NCBI GenBank assembly: GCA_963706505.1
Contig: CAVPLX010000003.1
Coordinates: forward strand, 31,569 to 95,568
Direction of reading: 5' to 3'
DNA: 64,000 nt
Source of the DNA: an uncultured Gemmatimonadales bacterium
Lineage (GTDB): Bacteria; Gemmatimonadota; Gemmatimonadetes; Gemmatimonadales; Gemmatimonadaceae
The position numbers were made by a program, and so were the translations under genes. The notes beneath the pieces are model-generated. The model was not told the DNA's origin. It saw nothing but the letters and a program-made list of their open reading frames with translations, and did no database searches. Shown here in pieces: positions 42,422 through 52,349 of the stretch. Every line of letters begins with the position of its first letter. The first letter of the stretch is position 1.

Positions 42422-42626
42422 GCGTTCGCCTGTGCCCCGGCGCCCGAGGTCATGCGTCGCGTTTGGTGTTGTGTTAGCATTGTCGCGGAAGATCGCTTCC
42501 CACGATTTGTTTATCTACTCCGCTCCCCTCCCCTCGCCCGCGCCGCCACGTCCTCGCGCGCGCCGCCGCGGACGCCGGCCCGGGATCTTCCGTATCCCTC
42601 CGCGCGTCACCGCAGCCGCACGCATC

Positions 42627-44369
42627 GTGTGTGCGGTGTGCCTGGCGGTGTGTCTGGCGGTGCCCCCGGCACTGCTGTCCGCCGCGCTTGCGCTCGCCGC
42701 CAGCGCAGCGCCCGCCAGGGCGCAGGCCGTGGACGCGGTCGCGGATGAGGCGCTGACGCTGCCGCCAGGCGTTGTGCGACTGAGTGTCAGCGAGTCGGAT
42801 ACCCGATACAGCGACCGCTACGGCACCGGCGGTCTCCAGCCCCTCGGCTACGGCCTCTCCGTCGATTCTCTCGGCGTCAGCCAGTTGCCGATCCTCGCAC
42901 CCCTGCAGTCCTCCCTCCGGGCCCTGACGCAAGACCCGGCGTTCAACCTCACGCTCGGCACCATGCAGGTACAGTCGAGCGTCCGCGTGCAGATGACGCC
43001 GATCGGACTGGACATCGGGGTCGCCCGCCGCCTCACGCTCCGCGCCATCGTGCCGATCGTGCAGACGCACAACGAGATCTTTTTCAACCCCAACCCGGGC
43101 GGCAAGACCGGGAACGTCGGCTTCAACCCCGCACTCGCGTTCAAGAACGCCCTCGCGATCGACACGGGACTCTACGGGCAGTTCACCAATGCGAGTGCCA
43201 GCCTCGCGGCCGCCGTGGCGGCGTGCCGCGCCAATCCCGGCCATGCGGCGTACTGCCCCGCGCTGAATGCGCAGAGCGCGACCGCGAACGCCCTCATCTC
43301 ACAATCGTCCAGCTACGCCTCGCAGCTCGCAAATGTGTACGGCGGCCACGGTCACAAGACTGGCATCATCGTTCCCGTGGACAGCAGTGCGCCATGGACC
43401 GCGATCACTCGGCGATTCCATTCGCTCTCCGCCGCGTTCGCGCACTTCGACTCGTTGACCGGCGGACCAGGCATTGGGACCCAGGGCCCGGTCGGCGCTC
43501 CTCCGATCGGCCTCGGTGACGCCCAGGCCTTGCTCACGTCCAGCGCCCTTGGCCTCGGCTTCGACTCGCTGCATTCGGTGGATTACGTCCACGTCGGCGA
43601 TATCGAGCTGGGCGCCACGGTGCTGCTGCTCGACTCCTTTCACGGCAGCGACAGCGCACGATTCCATCCGTCAGGCTTCAACTATCGCCTCTCTGCGTCC
43701 GGCTTTTATCGCCTGGGCACCGGCGGGACCTTGCCGGCCGACGCGCTCGTCGGCGCCGCGACCGGCACGGGCGCCAGTGCCATCGAAATTCACGCGGCGA
43801 GCGACCTGCTCTTCGGCCGCCATTTCTGGACGTCGGTCATGGTCAAGGGAACCATGCCTATCGCCGACCACATCTCGGCGCGCATCCCGCTCGGACTCGG
43901 CGAGGCCTACACACCGGACTTCGCGGACCAGTTCGTGGGGCGGACCCTGGGACGGACGATCGTCGTCGAAGTGGCTCCCCGCTACACGTTCAACGATTAT
44001 TTCGGTCTCTCGACGGACTACCAGTTCATCCAGCACAGCGCGGATCAGTACTCGGGCGTCGTCAAACTCGATTCCGCGGTCACCGGATTCGGTCCGGTTA
44101 CGCTCGACGCCAACACCCTCGGCGCAGGCACCGGGTCCACCGAACAGCGCTGGGGCGTCGGGCTGACATTCTCGACGCTCGCGGGCTCCGCACGCCATCC
44201 GTCGCGGATTCCCTTCGAGCTGACCTACCTCCACTACCAGACCATCACCGGCTCCGCCGGCATCGGGGGCTTTCTGCCGAAGCTCGCGACCGACATGGTT
44301 CAGATCCGCCTCTATACGCGCATTTTCGGAAGTGGCGGGGCCTTCGGCAAGCGGCCAAAGCCGCAATAG
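42627..44369 (+). CDS. secreted hypothetical protein, possibly outer-membrane beta-barrel (start uncertain)
   Basis: ORF 42360..44369 has no ATG in its first ~90 codons. GTG 42627 gives the signal peptide (M)CAVCLAVCLAVPPALLSAALALAASAAPARAQA. The body is Gly/Ser/Thr/aromatic-rich and the C-terminus ..VQIRLYTRIF is followed by a short tail. Confidence 0.5.
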   Translation: MCAVCLAVCLAVPPALLSAALALAASAAPARAQAVDAVADEALTLPPGVVRLSVSESDTRYSDRYGTGGLQPLGYGLSVDSLGVSQLPILAPLQSSLRALTQDPAFNLTLGTMQVQSSVRVQMTPIGLDIGVARRLTLRAIVPIVQTHNEIFFNPNPGGKTGNVGFNPALAFKNALAIDTGLYGQFTNASASLAAAVAACRANPGHAAYCPALNAQSATANALISQSSSYASQLANVYGGHGHKTGIIVPVDSSAPWTAITRRFHSLSAAFAHFDSLTGGPGIGTQGPVGAPPIGLGDAQALLTSSALGLGFDSLHSVDYVHVGDIELGATVLLLDSFHGSDSARFHPSGFNYRLSASGFYRLGTGGTLPADALVGAATGTGASAIEIHAASDLLFGRHFWTSVMVKGTMPIADHISARIPLGLGEAYTPDFADQFVGRTLGRTIVVEVAPRYTFNDYFGLSTDYQFIQHSADQYSGVVKLDSAVTGFGPVTLDANTLGAGTGSTEQRWGVGLTFSTLAGSARHPSRIPFELTYLHYQTITGSAGIGGFLPKLATDMVQIRLYTRIFGSGGAFGKRPKPQ

Positions 44370-44414
44370 CCAAGCACGCAGTAGCGGAGGTGGCGTAGTG
44401 CTGACGGCGCGCCG

Positions 44415-46140
44415 CTATCTGCTCCGCTGCCGCGGCTCCTCTGTCCGCTCCGCCTTCTCCTTCCTGCCTTCTCCACGAAGGAGCTCGCGGGCATGCGCCC
44501 TCGCGACTTCGCGGTCCGGGTCGCCCAGCATCCGGGCGACTTCGAGCACGCGGGCCTCGCCGTCGAGCACCCGCACGTCGGCAGTCGTGACGCCGCCGCG
44601 CGCGCCCTTGCTGACGACGATGTGGTGGTGCGCGCGCGCCGCGATCTGCGGCAGGTGCGTGATCGCGAACACCTGATGGTGCGCGGCGACGCGCCGCAGC
44701 GTCTCACCGACCTGCAGCCCGACCCGACCGCCGATGCCGGCGTCCACTTCGTCGAACACGAGCGTCGGCACGCGATCGAGCCGCGCGAGGATCGTCTTGA
44801 GCGCGAGCATGACGCGCGACAGCTCGCCGCCCGACGCGACGCGCGCCAAGCGGCCGCGCCTCGTGGCCGACGTTGAGCGCGACGCGAAACTCCACATCCT
44901 CGGCGCCCGCGGCGCCGGTCTCGTCGCGGCGGTCCAGCGCGACCGCGAGGTGCCCGTCGGGCATGCCGAGCTCGGGCAGCACTTCGTCGACGGCGCGCGC
45001 CAGCCGCTCCGCCGCGCTCACGCCGCGCCACCGTGAGCGCCGGCCGCCTCGTCGAGCTTCGCGCGAGCCTCGCGCCTCGCGCGCTCCGAGCTGGCGGAGG
45101 TCGAGCCCCGCCGAGTCGACGAGATCGAGCTCGCGCGCGACTGCGCGCCCGGTCTCGATGACGTCGTCGAGCGTCGGCCCGTATTTCTTGGTCGAGCCGG
45201 AAGAGCAGGTCGCGCCGCCGCTGGACCTCCTCGAGCCGCGCCGGATCGAGATCGACCGCGCTGGCGTACTCCTCGCAGCTCGCGCGCGAGCTCCTCGAGC
45301 GCGTAGTAGGCGGTGTCGTACAGCTCCTGCAGGCGGGCGAGCGACGGATCGATGCGCTGAATCGCCGCCAGCGCGCGCGTGCACCGCCGCGAGTTGCTCG
45401 AGCACCGCGGCCTCCTCCTCGCCATCGAGCGCGGCCGCGATCGCTCGGGCCAGCGTCGCGCAGCTCCTCGGCGTGCTCGAGCCGGCGCGCTTCGTCCTCG
45501 AGGCGCACATCCTCGCCGTGCTTCGAGCCTCGCGCGTCTCGATCTCGCTCGCCGACGTGCCGCAGATAGTCCGCGCGCCGCTCCGCCTCGGCACGGCGCG
45601 GCGGTGAGGTCGGCGATCTCGCGGCGGATGCTGGCCAGCGTCGTCGTACGCGCTCGCGCACGCGCGGCGGCCGACTCGGTCGCGCCGGCGAACGCATCGA
45701 GGATGCGGCGCTGCGCCTCGGCGTCGAGCAGCGTCTGCGCCTCGTGCTGTCCGTGCAGGTTCACGAGCAGGCGGCCGACCTCGGCGAGGACGGCCGCGGT
45801 GACGGTCGTGCCGTTGATCCACGCGCGCGCGCGGCCGGTCGGCCGACCTCGCGCTTGAGCACGACCAGTCGCGTCGTCGACGTCGATGCCGCGCTCGTCG
45901 AGCAGGGCGATGACCTCCGGCCGTCCCGCTGACGTCGAACACGCCTTCGACCGTCGCCCGGTCGGCGCCGGTGCGGATGAGGTCGGCGCTCGCGCGCTCG
46001 CCGAGCAGCAGGCCGAGCGCGCCGACGATGATCGACTTGCCCGCGCCCGTCTCGCCCGAGAGCACGTTGAAGCCGGGCGCGAGCGGCAGCGTGAGCGATT
46101 CGATGATCGCGAAGTTCCTGATGCGCAGCTCGGTCAGCAT
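44415..46140 (-). pseudogene. recN: DNA repair protein RecN, at least a dozen frame changes in this sequence
   Basis: [38 protein letters not shown] at 46140. NLHGQHEAQTLLD, RRADYLRHV, KKYGPTLDDVIETG and VEFRVALNVGHEARPL appear in alternating frames. The clean 3' end reads ASGGELSRVMLALK..LVFDEVDAGIGG..FAITHLPQIAA (44415-44897). Total length is 1726 nt, normal for RecN. Confidence 0.85.
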
Positions 46141-47050
46141 CCGGTGTCGGCTCGTCGCGCTCGCGGCAAGCCACCCCAGCCGAGCTTCTGCCGCAGCGTC
46201 GCGAAGAAGCGTCGCGCCCGGAAAGCGCACGATGAGCACCGGCCGTCCGGCGCGCCGCACCGTCGAGCGTCTCGCCGGCGGCGAACGTCGTGCCGACCTG
46301 GCCGTCGACCGTCACCAGAAGCTCCTCGGGCCCATCTTCCGCCTGCACCGTCACCTCGCCGTCGGCGGCAGCACCAGCGGCCGGATCGCCAGCGTGTGCG
46401 GCGAGACCGGCGTGAGGAGGATCGTCTCGAGCGTCGGCACGACGACCGGTCCGCCCGCCGACAGGCTGTACGCCGTCGATCCGGTCGGCGTCGAGATCAC
46501 GACGCCGTCCGCCGCGTAGGTCGCCACCGCCTCGCCGTTCGACTCGACACGCGCAGCGCGCACGACGCGCGCGAAGCCGCCCTTGTGCAGCACGACGTCG
46601 TTGAGCGCGCGCCACCGGCGCCGCTCGGTCGCCGTCGCGGTCGAGCACGCGCGCCTCGAGCGCCATGCGCGCCTCGGCGACGATAGTCGCCGCCGCGCGA
46701 ACCGCCGCAGCGCCTCCTCCAGCTCGTGACCGCCGGCAGCAGGTGAGGAAGCCGAGCCGCCCGAGATTGACGCCGAGGATCGGCACCTGGCGCCCGGCGA
46801 GGAGGCGCGCGCCGCGCAGCAGCGTGCCGTCGCCGCCGAGCGTGAGCAAGCGCATCGATGCTCGGCGCCGGCATCTTCGAGCCGGCATCGTCCGATGTCG
46901 GCCGCGCGACGTCGAACCGCAGCTCGTCGCTCGAACACGAGCAGCAGTCCGAGCTCGAGCGCGGGGCGCCAGAGCGGTCGTCAGCGTCCGCAGCACGCCG
47001 GCGACAGCCCGCCGGATAGCCGAGGTGCCGACGACGCCGAGTCGGATCAC
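46134..47050 (-). pseudogene. nadK: NAD kinase, multiple frame changes
   Basis: The GTG at 47050 overlaps the dxs stop (GTGA). [37 protein letters not shown] and [24 protein letters not shown] occur in different frames. The inferred end [12 protein letters not shown] stops at 46134-46136, inside recN codons 2-3. Confidence 0.8.
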
Positions 47051-48959
47051 CCGGCGATCGCCTCGCTCTCGTGCAGCGCGCGCACGCGCTCGGCGATGCC
47101 GGCCGCGTCGAGCCCGCACGTGCGCGAGCTGCCGGACGCGCGACGCCGCGTCGATGATGCGATCGGGCACGCCGTGCACGGCGACGCGCACCGCCGGATC
47201 GCATCGCGCCGATGACGGGCGACATGAACGCGCCGAAGCCGTTGACCACCGTGCCCTCTTCGACGACGAGGACATGCCGGTGGTCGGCGAGGATCGCGGC
47301 GAGCGTGACCTCGTCGTACGGCTTGAGGTAGCGGCAGTTGACGACCGTGACGTCGAGCCCCTCGGCCGCCAGCGTCGTCGGCGGCGGCGAGCGCCGGGAG
47401 CACCATCGTGCCGACGGCGAGGATCGCGACCTCGGCGCCGCTGGCGCAGCACTTCCCACGTCGCCGTAACGGGACGGCCGCGATCGTCGCTGATCGGCGG
47501 CGCGACGTCGGGCGCGACGTCGCGCGGATAGCGCAGGCAGAACGGACCGGCCGTGTGCTCGACGCCGGCGCGCAGGAGCGCCGAGCATCTCGGTCGCAGT
47601 CCTTCGGCGCGGTGACCGTCATGCCGGGCACGGCGAGCATGTACGCGATGTCGTAGAGCCCCATGTGCGTCTCGCCGTCCTCGCCGACGAGGCCCGCGCG
47701 GTCCATGCAGAACACGACCGGCAGCGACTGGATCGCGACGTCGTGGATGATGTTGTCGTAGGCGCGCTGCAGGAACGTCGAGTAGATCGCGCACGACCGG
47801 GCGGACGCCGCGCGTCGCCAGGCCGGCGGCGAAGGTCACCGCGTGTCCCTCGGCGATGCCGACGTCGAAGAAGCGCGTCGGGATGTGCCTTGGCGAACGC
47901 GCCCGTGCCCGTGCCGCTCGGCATCGCCGCGGTGATCGCGACGAGCGTCGGTGCGCTCGGCGCCGAGCTCGGCGAGTCCCGTGCCGAAGACCGCGGTGTA
48001 GGCCGGGTTGCCGGTCGACGCCGCTGCGCTGCTTGCCGGTGGCCGGATCGTGACCGGGCGGAAGCGCGTGCCACTTCTCGCGCGTGCTCGCCCGCCGGGA
48101 AGCCCTTCCCCTTCTGCGTGATGACGTGCACGAGCCGCGGGCCCTTCATGTCGCGCACCGCGCGCGAACGTGTCGAGCAGCGCATCGATGTCGTGGCCGT
48201 CGATCGGGCCGAAGTAGCGGAAGCCGAGCTCCTCGAACAGCACGCCCGGCGTGAGGAACGTCTTGACGCTCTCCTCCCACTTCCGCACGAGCGTGCCGAC
48301 GCCCGACAGCGGCCCGGCGCGTCGTCGACGAGCTCGCCGATCGCCGAGCGCACGCGGTTGTAGAGCGGGTTGCGCTGAATCGACGTCAGATACTTGCGAC
48401 ATCGCGCCGACGTTCGGCGCGATCGACATCTCGTTGTCGTTCAGCACGACGACGATGTCGCGGTCCGATGGCCCGGCGTTGTTGAGTCCCTCGTACGCCA
48501 GGCCGGACGTGAGCGCGCCATCGCCGAGGATGGCGACGACCTTGAAGTCCTCGTCGCTTGAGGTCGCGCGCGGCGGCCATGCCGAGCGCCGCGGAGATCG
48601 CGGTGGCGGCGTGGCCGGCGCCGAACGCGTCGTACTCGCTCTCGCTGCGCTTGAGGAAGCCCGGAGACGCCGTCCTCCTGGCGCAGCGTCTCGAAGCCGG
48701 TCGTTGCGCCCGGTGAGCAGCTTGTGCGGGATAGCCCTGATGTCCGACGTCCCAGACGAGCTGGTCGCGCGGCGTGTCGAAGACGTAGTGCAGCGCGATC
48801 GTCAGCTCGACGACGCCGAGGCCGGCGCCGATGTGGCCGCCGGTGCGCGAGCAGACGTCGATGAGCCGCGCACGCATGTCCGCGGCCAGCGTCGCGGAGC
48901 TCGTCGCGCGTCAGCGACTTGAGATCGGCGGGCGACTGGACGCGATCGAGAAGAGACAT
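47047..48959 (-). pseudogene. dxs: 1-deoxy-D-xylulose-5-phosphate synthase, more than ten frame changes
   Basis: MSLLDRVQSPADLKSL at 48959. [96 protein letters not shown] and [18 protein letters not shown] appear in alternating frames. The end ..[10 protein letters not shown] is at 47047. Confidence 0.85.
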
Positions 48960-49035
48960 ACGCGAAGGGTGGCAGTGTGAATGCCGAAAGCTAGTCGTTT
49001 GCCGGGCTCGGCCTCATGGCCGCGGAATCCGGCGC

Positions 49036-49948
49036 TCAGCTACTGCGACTCACAGCGAAGCGGGCCAGATGCTCCAGCGCGGGCGTCAGCAGGCCCGCGC
49101 CCTCGAGGGCGCGCGCACCCCTCGTCCACCAGCGCGCTCGCGCGCGCCCGCGCCCCCTCGACACCGAGCAGCGCCGGATAGGTGCTCTTGCGCAGCGCGA
49201 GATCGCGTCCGGCGGTCTTGCCGAGCTGGTCGGTGGTCGCCGTGACATCGAGCACGTCGTCGGCGATCTGGAAGGCCAGGCCGATCGCGTCGCCGTACGC
49301 GGCCGAGCGCCGTCGAGCACCGCGTCGTCCGCGCCCGCGGCGATCCCGCCGAGCCGCACCGACGCCGCGATCAGCGCGCCCGTCTTCGCGCGGTGGATGC
49401 GCTCCAGCTCCGCGAGCGACGAGCGGCCGCCCCTCGCCCTCGAGATCGAGCAGCTGGCCGCCGATCATGCCGCCGGCGCCGGACGCGCGCATCAGCTCTC
49501 GAACGAATGGCGCCGCGCCGCGTCCGCCGGCAACCCGAGCGCGCGCCGCCGTCGCGCGCGCAGCGCGCCGCGAGCGGCACCATCGCCACGCCGGCCGCCG
49601 TCGCGGTCGCGACGCCGTAGCACGCGATGCACCGTCGGCCGTCCGCGGCGCATGTCGTCGTCGTCCATGCACGGCAGATCGTCGTGGACGAGCGAGTACG
49701 CGTGCACGACCTCGACGGCCGCGGCGAGCGCCGACGCGTCGCCCGCACCGCCCGCCGCCCGGTAGGCCGCCAGCAGGAGAACGGCCGCGCAGCCGCTTGC
49801 CCTCCCCCAGCAGCGTGTATCGCATCGCTTCACCCGCGAGAGCCGGCGTCGCGGCGAGGTAGCGCGCGCAGAACCTGCCGAGAGCCGCCTGAACGGCCGC
49901 CCGGTCCGCGGCGAAGGTGGCGTCGATCGCTTCCACGCCCGCCGGCAC
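49036..49948 (-). pseudogene. ispA: polyprenyl (farnesyl/geranyl) diphosphate synthase, multiple frame changes
   Basis: The GTG at 49948 overlaps the xseB stop (TAGTG). First DDxxD motif: [27 protein letters not shown]. Second: GLAFQIADDVLDVT..LGKTAGRDL..KSTYPALLG. The end ..LEHLARFAVSRSS* is also present. The pieces lie in all three frames. Confidence 0.8.
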
Positions 49949-50214
49949 TACGGGCGGCTCCCGCGCCCGCTCCTGCTCCCGCCTTCGACGGAGCCCTCGC
50001 CGCGATCGCGCATCGGCCGCAGCTCGAAGACGCCTTCGGCCTGCTCCACGAGGAGCGCCACCTGGGCCTCGACTCGTACCAGCTCCGCGGACGCGCGCCG
50101 GAGTCGCGCCACGCCCTCCTCGAACAGCGCCAGCGCGCGATCGAGCGCCACGCCATCGCCGCCCAGCTCGGCCGCGATCTCCTCGAGACGCGCCACGTCT
50201 TCCTCGAACGTCAT
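49948..50214 (-). CDS. xseB: exodeoxyribonuclease VII small subunit
   Basis: MTFEEDVARLEEIAAELGGDGVALDRALALFEEGVARLRRASAELVRVEAQV.. is a typical XseB helical hairpin. This is the only uninterrupted gene inside the frameshift-dense block. Confidence 0.75.
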   Translation of the reverse strand: MTFEEDVARLEEIAAELGGDGVALDRALALFEEGVARLRRASAELVRVEAQVALLVEQAEGVFELRPMRDRGEGSVEGGSRSGRGSRP

Positions 50215-51467
50215 GCGGCGCCCCCGGGGCGTCCGGCGCCACGGATGTCGCGATCGCTCCAACTCTGCCGTCACGGAGCGTGAGATCGAATGGCATGCCG
50301 GCGGCGAAGTCGGCAGTCGCCGTCAGGGCGTGCCCGTCCGCGCCGCGGGCGACCGCGTAGCCGCGCGCGAGGGTGGCGAGGGGGCTCAGCGCGTCCAGCC
50401 GGCCGGCAGCCGCGTCGAGCCGCGAGCGGCGTCGCTCCGTGGCTCGCGTCGCACCGCGAAGGGTCATCTCGCGAACCCGGCCGAGCCGTGACGCCGCCGT
50501 CTGGACGCAGCGCGCCGCCGCACTGGCCAGTTGGACGGCCGCGAGCCGCAACCGCTGCTCCTCGTCCGCCCAGAGCGGGACAGCCGCTTCGGCCGCCGCC
50601 GACGGCGTCGGCGCGCGGACGATCGGCGACGAGGTCACAGATCGTGATATCGACCTCGTGGCCGACGGCCGAGATGGTGGGTACGAGGCAGGCGGCGACC
50701 GCGCGCGCGACCCGCTCGTCGTTGAACGCCCAGAGGTCTTCGCGGCCCCGCCACCGCGTCCGACGATGACGACGTCCGCCTCGCCCCACCGGGCGACGCC
50801 GTCGAGCGCCGAGCACAGCTCCTCGGGCGCTCCGTCGCCCTGCACTTCGCAGGCGACCACCACGATGCGCAGCGACGGGAGCGCCGGCGACGGGCCACCG
50901 CGATGATGTCGTGCAGCGCCGCGCCGTCGGGGCTCGTGACGACCGCGAGGCAGCGCGGGAACCGCGGCAGCGGCCGCTTGCGCTCCGGGGCGAGCAGGCC
51001 GTCGCGACGCAGACGTTCGCGCGTGCGTTCGAGCGCCTTGCGCCAGCAGCCCGTCGCCGTCGGCTCGATCGCGGTCACCGCGAACTGCATCTCGCCGCGC
51101 GCGGCGTACACGGTCAGCTGGCCGTAGACCACCACCTGCATGCCGTCTTCGGCGGCGCCGGAATTCGCCGCTGATCGTCGCGACCACACGACGCAGCGCA
51201 GCTGCGCGGCCCGGTCGCGCAGGCAGAAGTACCAGTGGCCGTTGCGATGCGCCTTGAAGTCGCTGATCTCGCCGCGCACCCAGAGCGGCAGGAACGCGCC
51301 CTCGATGATATGCCTCGCCGACTGCGCGAGCGTCGAGACGGCGACCGCGGTCTCGGTGCTGCCGCCGGGAAGTCGCTCCGCGTCCGAACAAAGACAGCCG
51401 CGGCCGCAGCGCCGGCTGCGCCGGTGATCGGGTCGTCCGACGCTCGGACGCCGCGCCCGCGCGTCAT
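50211..51467 (-). pseudogene. xseA: exodeoxyribonuclease VII large subunit, multiple frame changes
   Basis: The ATG at 51467 overlaps the folD stop (ATGA). [68 protein letters not shown] and [13 protein letters not shown] occur in different frames. The inferred TGA 50211-50213 overlaps the xseB ATG. Confidence 0.8.
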
Positions 51468-52341
51468 CGCAGCTCTGCGCGGCGCGCACGGTGTTCTTGC
51501 AGCAGCATGGCGATCGTCATCGGCCCGACGCCGCCCGGCACCGGCGTGATCAGGCGACGCCACTTCGCGCGCACTCGCGAAGTCCACGTCGCCCACGAGA
51601 CGTATGCCGCTTTTCGCGCGACGCGTCATCCACGCGATTGATGCCGACGTCGATCACGACCGCACCCGGCTTCACCATGTCGCCGGTCACGATCTGCGGC
51701 CGGCCCGCCGCGACGATGAGGATGTCGGCGCGCCGCGTGTGCGCCGCGAGATCGCGCGGTCGCGGCTGTGGCAGACCGTGACCGTCGCGTTGGCGCCGGG
51801 ACGGTCCTGCATCATCAGCGCCGCCATCGGCTTGCCGACGATGTTGCTGCGGCCGACGATCACGCACTCGGCCCCTTGGTCTCGACGCCGGATCGCACGA
51901 GCAGCTCCTGCACGCCCGCCGGCGTGCACGGCGCGAAGCCGTCGCGCTCGCCGATCAGCAGCTTGCCGACGTTCACCGGATGAAATCCGTCCACGTCCTT
52001 CTCGGGACGGATGCGGCGAATCACGACCTCGGCGGATCGATGTGCTTCGGCAGCGGCATCTGGACGAGAATGCCGTGGATCGCCGGATCGGCGTTGAGCC
52101 GATCCACGTGCGCGAGCAGCTCGGCCTCGCTGGCGGTCGGCCGGCAGGCGGATCGTGACGCTGTGCATCCCCGCCTCTTCGCGACGCCTTGCCCTTTGCC
52201 GCGCACGTAGACCGCGCTCGCCGGATCGTCGCCGACGAGCACGACCGCGAGCCCGGGCCGCACCCCGCGCGCGACGAGACTGGCCGCGACTTCGCGCGCC
52301 ACTCCCGCCGCGAACGGCTCCGCGCGATCGCGTTGCGCCAT
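51464..52341 (-). pseudogene. folD: bifunctional methylenetetrahydrofolate dehydrogenase/cyclohydrolase, multiple frame changes
   Basis: [77 protein letters not shown] and (P)MTIAMLLQ..* are scattered over three frames. Confidence 0.8.
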
Positions 52342-52349
52342 CGATCAGC

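Noticed and set aside
45761-47839. 692-aa minus-strand ORF, the second longest in the region
   Set aside because: Its translation is a patchwork. Short genuine dxs, nadK and recN segments ([39 protein letters not shown]) are separated by Arg/Ala/Pro-rich nonsense. It exists only because high GC suppresses stop codons across the frameshifted block.
49040-51391. 783-aa minus-strand ORF
   Set aside because: The same artefact. It strings together in-frame fragments of xseA ([24 protein letters not shown]) and ispA (GLAFQIADDVLDVT) across the xseB gene, which is read in a wrong frame.
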